Below, piece after piece: positions 9,091 through 18,944 of a stretch of 64,000 bases of DNA. Each line of letters begins with the position of its first letter. Within the stretch, counting starts at the first letter, position 1. Made by a program: the position numbers and the translations under genes. The notes below the pieces were generated by a model that saw nothing but the letters and a program-made list of their open reading frames with translations, was not told the DNA's origin and did no database searches. The stretch spans positions 1,938 to 65,937 of the forward strand of contig DOYU01000010.1 of the NCBI GenBank assembly GCA_003518365.1. The letters are read 5' to 3'. Source of the DNA: Candidatus Magasanikiibacteriota bacterium. GTDB lineage: Bacteria; Patescibacteriota; Patescibacteriia; Magasanikbacterales; UBA922.

Positions 9091-11082
9091 ATGTCAGACG
9101 AACAAGATTCACAATTTTTTCGACTGCCAATAGATGAACATCTTTCTGTTCCTGTTAGGGAAGAAACGATCTGGATAGAAGGTGTACATCCTACAGCAGG
9201 AGACAAATCTATTGGCACAAGAAAATTTGTGACAGAAAGTATTACCACAAAGAGACTGTACATATTTATTATTTTGGTAGCTGTTACTTTTTTGTTACTG
9301 GTGATGCGTGTAGGATTTTTGCAAATTGTGCAAGGGGCATCGTATAGAGATGCTGCAGAAGGGAATCGTCAACGGGCTCTTCCAATTCCAGCTGAACGTG
9401 GTCTTATTTTTGATAAAAATAATATTCAGATGACAAAGAATGTCCCAAATTTTGCATTGGCGCTCGTACCACAAGACTTGCCAAGAGATAAAGAAGAAAG
9501 AAAAAATATTATTGGACGCGTCGCATCCTTAACACATACACCTGTAGAGGAAATTGCAGAAACCATAGAAAAGTACGGTTCATATAGCTACGAATCGATT
9601 ATCATTCAGGAAGATTTAGATTATGATACAGCGATGAATGTGTATATCGCTTCCGCCGACATACCAGGCATTCACATTCAAAGAGGGAGTAAACGACTGT
9701 ATGTTGAAGAAAAAGATGAAAGTGAGATGCCATTGCCTATATCACTTTCGCATGTACTTGGGTATCTCGGCAAATTAAGTCCAGAAGAATTGGATTCACT
9801 CTACCAGGTAGGATACCTCCCTTCAGACACGATAGGAAAAACAGGCGTAGAAAAAACCTATGAGCCATTTCTGCGTGGTACGTATGGTACAAAACAAATT
9901 GAAGTGGATTCGTTTGGTAAAGAACAAAAAGTGTTAAGTGAAGATCCTCCTGCACCAGGAAGTCATGTTGTTTTGAGTGTAGACATCCACATGCAAAAAG
10001 CACTTGAATACTATATCCAGAAAGCACTCGATGTCGGTGGATTTTCCCGTGCATCAGCTATTGCCATGGATCCACGTGATGGATCCATTCGGGCACTCGT
10101 CAGTTTGCCAAGCTTTGATAGCAATGATTTTTCTGGAGGCATTGATATTGATACGTATCAAACGTATATTGATGATGCCAATCAGCCACTGTTTAACAGA
10201 GCTATTTCGGGTGCATTTCCATCTGGATCTAGTATCAAGCCAGCATTTGCAGCAGCTGCCCTTCAGGAAGGCCTTGTCACACAAAATACAACCTTTTTGA
10301 GTACTGGTGGCCTCGCCGTAGGGCAGTGGTTTTTTCCGGATTGGCAATCAGGTGGGCATGGTATTACCAATATCAGACGTTCCATTGCTTGGTCAGTGAA
10401 TACATTTTATTACTACATTGGGGGAGGTTTTGGGGATTTTGTTGGTATGGGCGTAGAGAAAATGATGGAATATTTGAAATATTTCGGATTTGATGCGACG
10501 CTTGGTATTGATTTGCCTGGAGAAGTCGCTGGCTTTTTACCTTCCAAAGAATGGAAGGAACAAACAAAAGGTGAACGGTGGTATGTCGGAGATACATATA
10601 ATATTTCAATTGGTCAAGGGGATATTTTGGTAACACCACTACAAATAACATCCTATATTGCAACTATTGCGAATGGAGGTACTATATTCAAGCCACATGT
10701 AGTCGAAAAGACGATTGATATTGCAACAGGGGTAGAGCATGCGATTTCATCTGAGGTGTTAAAAATTGTTCCTATTTCCGACACAAATCTCAATATCGTT
10801 CGTCTCGGCATGAAAGATTGTGTTGACTATGGGGCATGTCGTAGGCTATCATCTCTTCCTTTTGAAATAGCAGGGAAAACAGGGACAGCACAATGGAGTA
10901 GTGTCAAGGAGCCTCACGCATGGTTTACTTCATTCGCGCCATACGAGAATCCTGAGATTGTCCTCACCATTTTAATAGAAGAAGGAATAGGAGGCAGTGA
11001 ATCAGCTACACCCGTTGCCTATGATTTTTACCGGTGGTGGTGGACCTACAAGACAACTGGGGATATATCACTTGACGAGTAG
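9091..11082 (+). CDS. mrdA: penicillin-binding protein 2 (peptidoglycan D,D-transpeptidase)
   Basis: N-terminal TM, PBP dimerisation domain, transpeptidase SxxK (SGSSIKP), KTGT motif (AGKTGTAQ); adjacent to mreBCD. Confidence 0.85.
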   Translation: MSDEQDSQFFRLPIDEHLSVPVREETIWIEGVHPTAGDKSIGTRKFVTESITTKRLYIFIILVAVTFLLLVMRVGFLQIVQGASYRDAAEGNRQRALPIPAERGLIFDKNNIQMTKNVPNFALALVPQDLPRDKEERKNIIGRVASLTHTPVEEIAETIEKYGSYSYESIIIQEDLDYDTAMNVYIASADIPGIHIQRGSKRLYVEEKDESEMPLPISLSHVLGYLGKLSPEELDSLYQVGYLPSDTIGKTGVEKTYEPFLRGTYGTKQIEVDSFGKEQKVLSEDPPAPGSHVVLSVDIHMQKALEYYIQKALDVGGFSRASAIAMDPRDGSIRALVSLPSFDSNDFSGGIDIDTYQTYIDDANQPLFNRAISGAFPSGSSIKPAFAAAALQEGLVTQNTTFLSTGGLAVGQWFFPDWQSGGHGITNIRRSIAWSVNTFYYYIGGGFGDFVGMGVEKMMEYLKYFGFDATLGIDLPGEVAGFLPSKEWKEQTKGERWYVGDTYNISIGQGDILVTPLQITSYIATIANGGTIFKPHVVEKTIDIATGVEHAISSEVLKIVPISDTNLNIVRLGMKDCVDYGACRRLSSLPFEIAGKTGTAQWSSVKEPHAWFTSFAPYENPEIVLTILIEEGIGGSESATPVAYDFYRWWWTYKTTGDISLDE

Positions 11083-11163
11083 AAGAACGTTTGGGTATAC
11101 TCAATGAAACCGCTCTAGAAGCGGATATTTTTATCAATTTGAAGGAGAGATTAAGGAACATGT

Positions 11164-11628
11164 ATGACAACAACACAATATCTTTCACAAGAAAAAAAGG
11201 GTGAGCTTGAACAGGAATTGATTGATCTGAAATTAACAAAAATTCCAGAAATTGCACAACGTATTGACGAGGCAAAGCAGATGGGCGATCTTTCTGAAAA
11301 TGCAGAGTATCATGATGCAAGAGATCAGATGGCATGGGCCCAGAGCCGCGTTCTTGAACTCGAAGCAATTTTGCACAATGCCGAAGTCATTACCACAACA
11401 GGCTCTGGCGATGGTGTTGTTGATCTTGGAAGGACCGTAGTGGTGAAGGTCAATGGCAAAGAGAAAGAATATACGATAGTCGGGGCGCAAGAAGCAGATC
11501 CTTTGTCCGGAAAAATATCCAATGAATCGCCGCTCGGAGAAGCGTTTATGGGAAAGAAGAAAGGGGATGCAGTTGTGGTTGAAGTTCCGGCAGGAGTGCA
11601 GGAATATAAGATTATTGCAGTCAAGTGA
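11164..11628 (+). CDS. greA: transcription elongation factor GreA
   Basis: Coiled-coil tip MGDLSENAEYHDARD; C-terminal FKBP-like domain; RBS aggagag upstream. Confidence 0.85.
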   Translation: MTTTQYLSQEKKGELEQELIDLKLTKIPEIAQRIDEAKQMGDLSENAEYHDARDQMAWAQSRVLELEAILHNAEVITTTGSGDGVVDLGRTVVVKVNGKEKEYTIVGAQEADPLSGKISNESPLGEAFMGKKKGDAVVVEVPAGVQEYKIIAVK

Positions 11629-11633
11629 TCTTT

Positions 11634-11682
11634 GTAACTCAGGTCTTTATACCTGTGACTCAAATCTAAAGATTTGAGTTAC
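11634..11682 (+). repeat. REP-like palindromic element (variant of the hairpins flanking the RAYT gene)
   Basis: gtaactcaggtct..acctgtgactcaaatctaaagatttgagttac; shares the GTAACTCAGGTCT arm with copies at 16026 and 16569. Confidence 0.5.
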
Positions 11683-11780
11683 AATTTTTATCTCAACAAA
11701 GCAAAAAAAGACGACTTTCCCCAAAAGTTGTCTTTTTTATATATATTTGTTACTATAAAGAGCGTAAATAAGCGAAAAAT

Positions 11781-13253
11781 ATGCCAAAACCAGAAATAGA
11801 TATTAATGACGAAAGAACAGTGAGATTAGCGAAACTTGCCTCGTTGACAGAAGCAGGGAATTCTTCATTTCCTGCACATTCAGAAAAGCAACATACGGTA
11901 GCAGAAGCAATTTTGAGTACCGAAGGAAGTACGGTGATCACGGCAGGAAGAATCATGTCAAAACGAGAAATAGGCAAACTTACGTTTTGTCGCTTGCAAG
12001 ATGTGAGCGGTGTTATTCAGCTCATTGTCAAACAAGATGAACTTGAAAAAGAAGTGTATAAGCAATTTGTAAAACTAGTTGATGCGGGTGATGTCGTCGA
12101 TGTGACAGGGGAGCGATTCCAATCAAAAACAGGAGAGGATTCTATTCTGGTAAAAAAATACTCAGTTTTGACAAAGGCACTCTTGCCACTGCCAGACAAA
12201 TTTCATGGATTGCAAAATGAGGAGCTTCGCATGCGCAAGCGCTATCTTGATTTACTCACCAATCCAGAACTTCGTGATATCTTTGTAAAGCGTGCACACT
12301 TTTGGGATGTAACCAGAACTTTTTTGAAAGACAATGGATTTTTTGAAGTAGAAACACCCTATCTCGAGACAACTACCGGCGGCGCAGAAGCAACACCGTT
12401 TCAAGCACATCACAATGATTTTGATATTGATGTGTATCTTCGCATTTCTGTCGGTGAACTGTGGCAAAAGCGTCTCATGGCAGCAGGATTTGAAAAAACA
12501 TTTGAAATCGGTCGTGTGTTCCGCAATGAAGGATCGAGCCCAGATCATTTGCAGGAATTTACCAACATGGAATTTTACTGGGCATACGCTGATTATAGAA
12601 AAGGCATGAAACTCGTCCAAGAACTCTATCAAAAAATTGCGATCGATGTATTTGGCAAAACTGAGTTCACAACAAAAGGCATGAACTACGATCTTGCAGG
12701 AGAATGGCCAGAAATTGATTATGTGAGTGAAGTAAAGAAGCAAACCGGCATTGATGTATTGAAAGCAAGTGAAGATGATATGCGAAAGAAGCTCGATGAG
12801 CTTGGTGTCGTCTACGAAGGAACAAACCGAGAGCGACTTACCGATACACTCTGGAAATTTTGTCGCAAGAATATTGCTGGTCCAGCATTCCTCGTCAATC
12901 ATCCAAAACTGGTTTCGCCACTCGCAAAAACACATCGTGACAATTCAGAACTGACCGAACGATTTCAGATCATCATTGCCGGCAGTGAGATCGGCAATGG
13001 CTATTCAGAATTGAATGATCCTATTGAACAGCGCGCACGATTTGAAAAACAACAAGAACTTATCGCATCAGGTGATACCGAGGCTATGATGCCAGATTGG
13101 GAATTTGTCGAAATGCTCGAGCACGGGATGCCACCTACGTGTGGCTTTGGCTTTGGTGAACGATTTTTTGCATTTCTCGTCGATAGGCCACTTCGTGAAG
13201 TGACACTTTTTCCACTGGTGAAACCTATTATCGAAGAAAATAGCGCAGAGTAA
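11781..13253 (+). CDS. lysS: lysyl-tRNA synthetase, class II
   Basis: OB anticodon-binding N-domain; class II motifs (FRNEGSSPDHLQEF, GGAEATPF). Confidence 0.9.
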   Translation: MPKPEIDINDERTVRLAKLASLTEAGNSSFPAHSEKQHTVAEAILSTEGSTVITAGRIMSKREIGKLTFCRLQDVSGVIQLIVKQDELEKEVYKQFVKLVDAGDVVDVTGERFQSKTGEDSILVKKYSVLTKALLPLPDKFHGLQNEELRMRKRYLDLLTNPELRDIFVKRAHFWDVTRTFLKDNGFFEVETPYLETTTGGAEATPFQAHHNDFDIDVYLRISVGELWQKRLMAAGFEKTFEIGRVFRNEGSSPDHLQEFTNMEFYWAYADYRKGMKLVQELYQKIAIDVFGKTEFTTKGMNYDLAGEWPEIDYVSEVKKQTGIDVLKASEDDMRKKLDELGVVYEGTNRERLTDTLWKFCRKNIAGPAFLVNHPKLVSPLAKTHRDNSELTERFQIIIAGSEIGNGYSELNDPIEQRARFEKQQELIASGDTEAMMPDWEFVEMLEHGMPPTCGFGFGERFFAFLVDRPLREVTLFPLVKPIIEENSAE

Positions 13254-13255
13254 AT

Positions 13256-13672
13256 ATGAAAACGGTCCTCCTCTTTGGAACCTTTGATTTTCTCCACAGC
13301 GGGCATATGCATACGTTTGAGGAAGCAAAGAAGCTTGGCGACACATTGATCGTGTCAGTTGCGAGAGACAAGGCGGTGGAAACAATAAAAGCAAAGTTTC
13401 CACTGCATTCAGAAGAAGAGCGTCTCAACTTGGTGAGACATATAGATATTGTGGACGACGCAATTCTTGGTGATGAAGAACAAAGCGTGTATTCGTTTTT
13501 TGACAAATTCATTCCAGATATCATCGCACTCGGCTATGATCAAGATGCATTGAAGGAAGATATTGAAACATTCATAGCAACCCACGACTACGCAACGACG
13601 TGTGTGACACTCCCTGTCTATAAAAACGGAGATATGAAATCGAGTAGAATAAAAGAAACACTAGCAATATGA
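13256..13672 (+). CDS. cytidylyltransferase-like nucleotidyltransferase (TagD/RibL/RfaE-II family)
   Basis: N-terminal FGTFDFLHSGH (HxGH nucleotidyltransferase signature); ~138 aa. Confidence 0.6.
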   Translation: MKTVLLFGTFDFLHSGHMHTFEEAKKLGDTLIVSVARDKAVETIKAKFPLHSEEERLNLVRHIDIVDDAILGDEEQSVYSFFDKFIPDIIALGYDQDALKEDIETFIATHDYATTCVTLPVYKNGDMKSSRIKETLAI

Positions 13673-14718
13673 AACGACGAAAATTATTGATAGCAACAAC
13701 AAACGAAGGCAAGATAGGCGAAATTACGCATTTTTTGAAATCGCTTCCGTTTCATCTCGTAACATTGAAGGATTTGAATCAAGAAATTGAAGAACCTGAA
13801 GAAACGGGTGCAACGTTGCAGGATAATGCAATTCTTAAGGCAACATACTACGGAGAAAAAGCAAATATGCTCACACTTGCTGATGACGGTGGACTTTTTA
13901 TTGATGCTCTTGATGGCTGGCCAGGCGTAAAAAGTGCTCGTGCATTCAATGGTACAAGTGTTCTTGAAGATGATGACATGCTCAAAGCACTTGAAGAAGT
14001 CCCGGAAGAAAATAGAAAAGCAGAGTTCAAACTTGTGACAGCAATATACGATCCACAAGACAAAACAGTGTTCACTGCAGAAGGAGCTGACTCAGGATCG
14101 GTACTCAAAGCACCCGTGAAAAATGAAGTTGTCAAATGGGGATACAACAATGTGTTTTATTCCGATGCTCTTGGAAAAACGTATGGAGAAATGACAATTG
14201 CAGAAAAGAATGGTTCAAGTCATCGAGGAAAGTCTCTGAGTCAAATCAAATATTTTCTTCAGAATCAATACGGTGGCAAACATTTTGTCGTTCCTGTAGC
14301 AATTATTATTAGGGATGGAAAAATTTTGATGAACAAACGTAATGATCCACACAATCCACAATTTCACGGCGTATGGGAATTTCCCGGTGGCACAGTAGAA
14401 ATGGGAGAAACTATTTTTGAAAATGTTGTCAGAGAATGTAAGGAAGAAACAGGGTTCGATGTAAAAGTTCTCGAACAGTTGCCTACCATTCGCGTCAAAA
14501 CGCGTCATATTGAAAAGTTTAGTTATCAAATTTATTTAGTCCCTGTCATAGCAAAAATTGTTGGTGGAGACGGAGTATTCAGTGATGATGAAGTATTAGA
14601 AATGCGATGGTACACACCAGAAGAGATTCCATCCTTACACCTGTTCCCAGACGACGGCAACATGGTGACAGAATATTTGCCAATGATAAATGATGCAATA
14701 TCCCGAAACTCCCTATAA
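13669..14718 (+). CDS. fusion protein: RdgB/Ham1-family non-canonical NTP pyrophosphatase (N) + NUDIX hydrolase (C)
   Basis: N-terminus KLLIATTNEGKIGEI (Ham1/ITPase); C-terminus Nudix box GVWEFPGGTVEMGETIFENVVRECKEETG. Confidence 0.75.
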   Translation: MKRRKLLIATTNEGKIGEITHFLKSLPFHLVTLKDLNQEIEEPEETGATLQDNAILKATYYGEKANMLTLADDGGLFIDALDGWPGVKSARAFNGTSVLEDDDMLKALEEVPEENRKAEFKLVTAIYDPQDKTVFTAEGADSGSVLKAPVKNEVVKWGYNNVFYSDALGKTYGEMTIAEKNGSSHRGKSLSQIKYFLQNQYGGKHFVVPVAIIIRDGKILMNKRNDPHNPQFHGVWEFPGGTVEMGETIFENVVRECKEETGFDVKVLEQLPTIRVKTRHIEKFSYQIYLVPVIAKIVGGDGVFSDDEVLEMRWYTPEEIPSLHLFPDDGNMVTEYLPMINDAISRNSL

Positions 14719-14754
14719 ATTGTTTATTGTTATTTGCTTATTGTGTATTGACAT

Positions 14755-16005
14755 ATGATTGATATCAAATTCATCCGCGAAAACGTGGAACTTGTAAAGG
14801 AGAATTGTACAAACAGAAATGTTACGGTGGACATTGATCGTCTTTTGGCTCTTGATGAGACTCGTCGTGGTCTGCAACAAGAGATAGATGACTTGAAATC
14901 AGTGAGGAATGCAACATCAAAAGGAAAGCCGAGTGAGGAAGATATCGCAGCGATGAAAGAACTCGGTGAAAAGATAAAACGTATTGAAGGAGATTTCAAA
15001 AGTGTCGAGCCAGAATATCTCGATCATCTCCTTTTGGTCCCAAATCTCACACATCCCGATTCACCAATTGGCGGGGAGTCGGATTTTGTCGTTGTTGAAG
15101 AACGAGGAACTGTCCCCACATTTTCATTTGATCCAAAAGATCACGAAGCCATCATGACAGATCTGGACCTGCTCGATTTTGAACGCGGTGCAAAAGTCGC
15201 TGGATCAAAATTTTATTATGTCAAAAATGATGCAGTGCGGCTCAACCAAGCATTGCTAAATTACGGCATGGATGTACTCGAAAAACATGGCTATACCCTT
15301 CTGGAAACACCAGACCTTGCAAAAGACCAGATCCTTGAAGCATCAGGATTCAATCCTCGCGGCGCAGAATCACAGACGTATAAGATTGAAGAAACTGATC
15401 TGAACTTGATTGGTACGGCTGAAATTACCGTCCTTGGCTATCACGCAGACGAAGTGCTTGATTTGTCAGCAGGACCAAAGAAGTATGCCGCACTTTCACA
15501 CTGCTACCGTCGTGAAGCAGGATCATATGGACGAGAAAGTAAAGGACTGTATCGTGTTCACCAGTTTACAAAGCTCGAAATGTTCATCTTCTGTAAACCT
15601 GAAGAAAGTGAAGCCCTCCATACAGAACTTCTGAACATTGAGAAGGAAATTTGTGACGGACTCGGGCTTGCATACCGTGTCATCGATATCCCAACAGGAG
15701 ATCTCGGTGGTCCAGCATACAGAAAATATGATCTCGAAGCCTGGATGACTATGAAAGAGGGAGAAGATAAATACGGTGAAATTACCAGTACAAGTAACTG
15801 TACAGATTACCAAGCTCGTAGATTGAACATCAAGCACAAAGAAGGGGAGAGCAAGCCTGAATTTGTCCATACGCTCAATGGCACAGCGATTGTTCTTTCA
15901 CGTTTTCCAATCGCGATTGTAGAACAATATCAAAATGAAGATGGCACAGTGACTGTGCCGGAAGTGTTGAGAAAATATATGGGGAAAGATATTATTGGAG
16001 TATAA
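14755..16005 (+). CDS. serS: seryl-tRNA synthetase
   Basis: N-terminal coiled-coil arm; class II core with HQFTKLEMF. Confidence 0.9.
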   Translation: MIDIKFIRENVELVKENCTNRNVTVDIDRLLALDETRRGLQQEIDDLKSVRNATSKGKPSEEDIAAMKELGEKIKRIEGDFKSVEPEYLDHLLLVPNLTHPDSPIGGESDFVVVEERGTVPTFSFDPKDHEAIMTDLDLLDFERGAKVAGSKFYYVKNDAVRLNQALLNYGMDVLEKHGYTLLETPDLAKDQILEASGFNPRGAESQTYKIEETDLNLIGTAEITVLGYHADEVLDLSAGPKKYAALSHCYRREAGSYGRESKGLYRVHQFTKLEMFIFCKPEESEALHTELLNIEKEICDGLGLAYRVIDIPTGDLGGPAYRKYDLEAWMTMKEGEDKYGEITSTSNCTDYQARRLNIKHKEGESKPEFVHTLNGTAIVLSRFPIAIVEQYQNEDGTVTVPEVLRKYMGKDIIGV

Positions 16006-16025
16006 CCGATATTGTGTAACTCAGG

Positions 16026-16055
16026 TCTGAAGACCTGAGAGTCACGCAGATTTAC
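16026..16055 (+). repeat. REP hairpin (GTAACTCAGGTCT-GAAG-ACCTGAG) upstream of RAYT
   Basis: Near-perfect palindrome; same core as 16571..16590. Confidence 0.7.
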
Positions 16056-16056
16056 T

Positions 16057-16581
16057 ATGCCTCTTGATCAGACAAAACAATACCCAAAACGACCAAGACT
16101 CCAGGATAACACAAACTATATGGGTACACGTGGCTACTTTGTGACGATAAATGCATACAACCGAATGAAGTATTTTACACATAAAAAAATTATTGAGTCA
16201 CTCATAGGATATCTACAAGAGACATCCAAGGTGAGTTTTTTTGATATCGTGGTGTACTGCTTTATGCCTGACCACCTACATTTGGTCGTGGAAGGAAAAA
16301 AAGAAGAAAGTAATCTCCTTTCATTTATCCATTCGTTCAAACAAAAGAGCGGTTTTGCCTTCAAAAAAGTACATAAACAAAAGCTCTGGGCGACAAGTTT
16401 TCATGATCGAACATTGCGAAAAAGTGAAGATATAAGAGGCGTCGGCAGATATACACTTGCCAATCCAGTAAAAGCAAATTTAGTAAAACATGCGCTCGAA
16501 TATCCGTACTCAGGCTCTTTTGTCTATGATCTGAAAGAATTGGTCCAAAGTGATATCCCAGCGTATTACGCTCAGGTCTGA
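16057..16581 (+). CDS. REP-associated tyrosine transposase (RAYT; IS200-like Y1 HUH transposase)
   Basis: HUH motif MPDHLHLVVEG; conserved RAYT C-terminal motif RYTLANPVKANLV (Y-x3-NPV[KR]AxLV); flanked by REP hairpins; stop codon TGA lies inside the downstream hairpin. Confidence 0.8.
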   Translation: MPLDQTKQYPKRPRLQDNTNYMGTRGYFVTINAYNRMKYFTHKKIIESLIGYLQETSKVSFFDIVVYCFMPDHLHLVVEGKKEESNLLSFIHSFKQKSGFAFKKVHKQKLWATSFHDRTLRKSEDIRGVGRYTLANPVKANLVKHALEYPYSGSFVYDLKELVQSDIPAYYAQV

Positions 16582-16594
16582 AGACCTGAGTTAC
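16569..16594 (+). repeat. REP hairpin (CTCAGGTCT-GAAG-ACCTGAG-TTAC) overlapping RAYT stop
   Basis: Identical 20-nt palindromic core to the upstream copy, same orientation. Confidence 0.7.
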
Positions 16595-16596
16595 AT

Positions 16597-17340
16597 TTGT
16601 TTATGCAAAAAACGGCATCACAATCTAAAATCTTAGTTGTTCTCCCCGGCTGGAACGGCTCGCATGAAACATGGACAGACTTTGTAGCACTTGCAAAACC
16701 GCATTTTCAAGATGTCGTGGTGATAGATTTGCCGTGCTTTGGTGATGAACCGTGCCCGAAAGCAGTGTGGGGCGTAGAGGAGTATGCTGAGTTTGCGAAA
16801 GAAAAAATAAGCAAATATGCAAATAGGCAAATTGTATTGCTGGGGCATAGCTTCGGAGGATCCGTAGCAACCCAGCTTGTTGCGAATAATCCAGACATTG
16901 CTTCTAAACTCATTCTGAGTGGAGCTGCTGTCATCCGTCCGAAAAATTATCTGAAACGATTCATCTTTGGGACAATGGCAAAGATTGGAAAAGGTTGTAT
17001 TGCCATTCTGCCATCACAAAAGCTAAAAATTCTTGCAAAAAAGGTACTCTATCGAGTAGCCGATTCACCAGATTTTTCAAATACAAGTGGCATCAAACGA
17101 GACATTTTTAAAAAGATTATTCGACAAGATCTCCGGCATCTTCTTTCGTCCATTGCTATTCCAACCTGCGTGATGCAAGGGACAGAAGACACCTATGTGC
17201 CATTCCGACATGGAAAAATTATTGCTGATGGGATTCCATCTGCATCGTTTGTTGTGATAGAGCAGGGGACACATGGATTGCATCAGAAAAAGACCGCAGA
17301 AGTCTTTTTATCTGATATACTAGAGTTTTGTAACAAGTAA
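16597..17340 (+). CDS. alpha/beta-fold hydrolase
   Basis: Nucleophile elbow GHSFGG; ~247 aa. Confidence 0.6.
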   Translation: MFMQKTASQSKILVVLPGWNGSHETWTDFVALAKPHFQDVVVIDLPCFGDEPCPKAVWGVEEYAEFAKEKISKYANRQIVLLGHSFGGSVATQLVANNPDIASKLILSGAAVIRPKNYLKRFIFGTMAKIGKGCIAILPSQKLKILAKKVLYRVADSPDFSNTSGIKRDIFKKIIRQDLRHLLSSIAIPTCVMQGTEDTYVPFRHGKIIADGIPSASFVVIEQGTHGLHQKKTAEVFLSDILEFCNK

Positions 17341-17348
17341 TATTTTGT

Positions 17349-18944
17349 ATGAGCGTTCCATATTTTGCATATATCATAGGAGGTCTCTGGATTGTAACGG
17401 CAATATTTGATTATGCCTATTTTACCTACTTTGCACAACTAAAAGAATATCGTTTTGATCGATTCAGGGATTTTTTGACAACACAAGCAGGCAAGGAAGA
17501 ATTGTTTGGGTATCGTATCCTTTGGCGGGCATTGCTAGTTATTGTATTATATACACTTTTGCATGGGACACTGTCCAATATGTTGCTTGTTTCGTGTATT
17601 ATCGGGATTGATATCATCGCAAAAATATACTGTATTTGGAGAAAATCAATTCGTCGTCCAGTGCCAACACCAAAAGCACTTCTCATCGTTGGCATGCTTG
17701 TAGGTATGGAAGGAATGATGCTGTTGTTCCTACCATATATCAATATTTTGTTATTGGTGCTTGTATTTAGATGGTTTTTGACAGCCGGAGTAGTTCTTAT
17801 CCTCTCTATTCCATCCTTTCTCGCTAAAAAAATGTATATAATGATAGCAACAAAGAAAATTGCCAGATATAAAAAATTACGCGTTATTGGCATTACAGGG
17901 AGCTATGGCAAAAGTAGCACAAAGGAATTTTTATCACAGATACTCGAAACAAGATATGCAATCAAAAAAACACCAAAAAATACCAATACGGAAATAGGAA
18001 TTGCAAAGCATATTTTGAAAACAGACTTTGCCGGGGTAGATGTCTATGTGGTGGAAATGGGTGCATATCGCATGAAGGAAATAAAAAAAATATGTGATAT
18101 CGTACATCCGCAGATAGGGATTTTGACAGCAATCGCCCCGCAACATCTTTCCCTCTTCGGTTCTATGGAAAACATTGCCGCAACAAAAAAAGAACTACTC
18201 ACATCACTCCCAAAAAATGGATGGGCTATTACCAATATTGATAATGCATATTGTAGAGAGATTATTTCTAATCTTTCTTGTCATATTCGAACATTTGGCT
18301 CAGATGAAGAATACAAACCAGATATTCTTATTCGTGATATAGAAAATATTGAAAACGGCATTACCTATCGTGTGTCTGACGATACGATGGATCATATCGT
18401 ACGTCTCAATATTTTAGGAAAGCATAATGTTTTTAATATTGTTCCTGCAGCTATAGCCGCTCATCGGATTGGCATGTCAGATGAGGATATAGATATGGCA
18501 ATCGAAAAACTTACACCTGGACATGGTTCGATAACAATATCACCCTATGGAACGGCGACGATCATTAATGATAGTTACAATTCCAATCCAGAAGGTTTTA
18601 AAGCAGCGTTAGATATATTAAATTCATTTTCTTCTTCGAGAAAAAGAATTGTTATCACGCGTGGGATGAGAGAATTGGGTGATCTCAGTGATGAGCTGCA
18701 TGAACAAATAGGCGGAGAGATTTCGTTTGTTGCAGATGAACTTATTATTACCGAAAAGGATGTCGCAGCATCTCTCGCAAAAGGTGTCGTGTCAAAATAC
18801 AACACACACATACAGCACATTTACGATCCGCACGAACTCCTAAAGTATGTACAAGGGTTGAAACATACAGATGCCGTGGTATTAATTGAAAATAGACTCC
18901 ATATCATGATTGCAAAAGAGTTAGATATCGCATTGACCGCATGA
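17349..18944 (+). CDS. Mur ligase family protein (MurF-like) with N-terminal polytopic membrane domain
   Basis: Residues ~1-170 hydrophobic helices; then Mur ligase P-loop VIGITGSYGKSSTKE and C-terminal Mur ligase domain; canonical MurF N-terminal substrate domain not recognizable. Confidence 0.7.
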   Translation: MSVPYFAYIIGGLWIVTAIFDYAYFTYFAQLKEYRFDRFRDFLTTQAGKEELFGYRILWRALLVIVLYTLLHGTLSNMLLVSCIIGIDIIAKIYCIWRKSIRRPVPTPKALLIVGMLVGMEGMMLLFLPYINILLLVLVFRWFLTAGVVLILSIPSFLAKKMYIMIATKKIARYKKLRVIGITGSYGKSSTKEFLSQILETRYAIKKTPKNTNTEIGIAKHILKTDFAGVDVYVVEMGAYRMKEIKKICDIVHPQIGILTAIAPQHLSLFGSMENIAATKKELLTSLPKNGWAITNIDNAYCREIISNLSCHIRTFGSDEEYKPDILIRDIENIENGITYRVSDDTMDHIVRLNILGKHNVFNIVPAAIAAHRIGMSDEDIDMAIEKLTPGHGSITISPYGTATIINDSYNSNPEGFKAALDILNSFSSSRKRIVITRGMRELGDLSDELHEQIGGEISFVADELIITEKDVAASLAKGVVSKYNTHIQHIYDPHELLKYVQGLKHTDAVVLIENRLHIMIAKELDIALTA

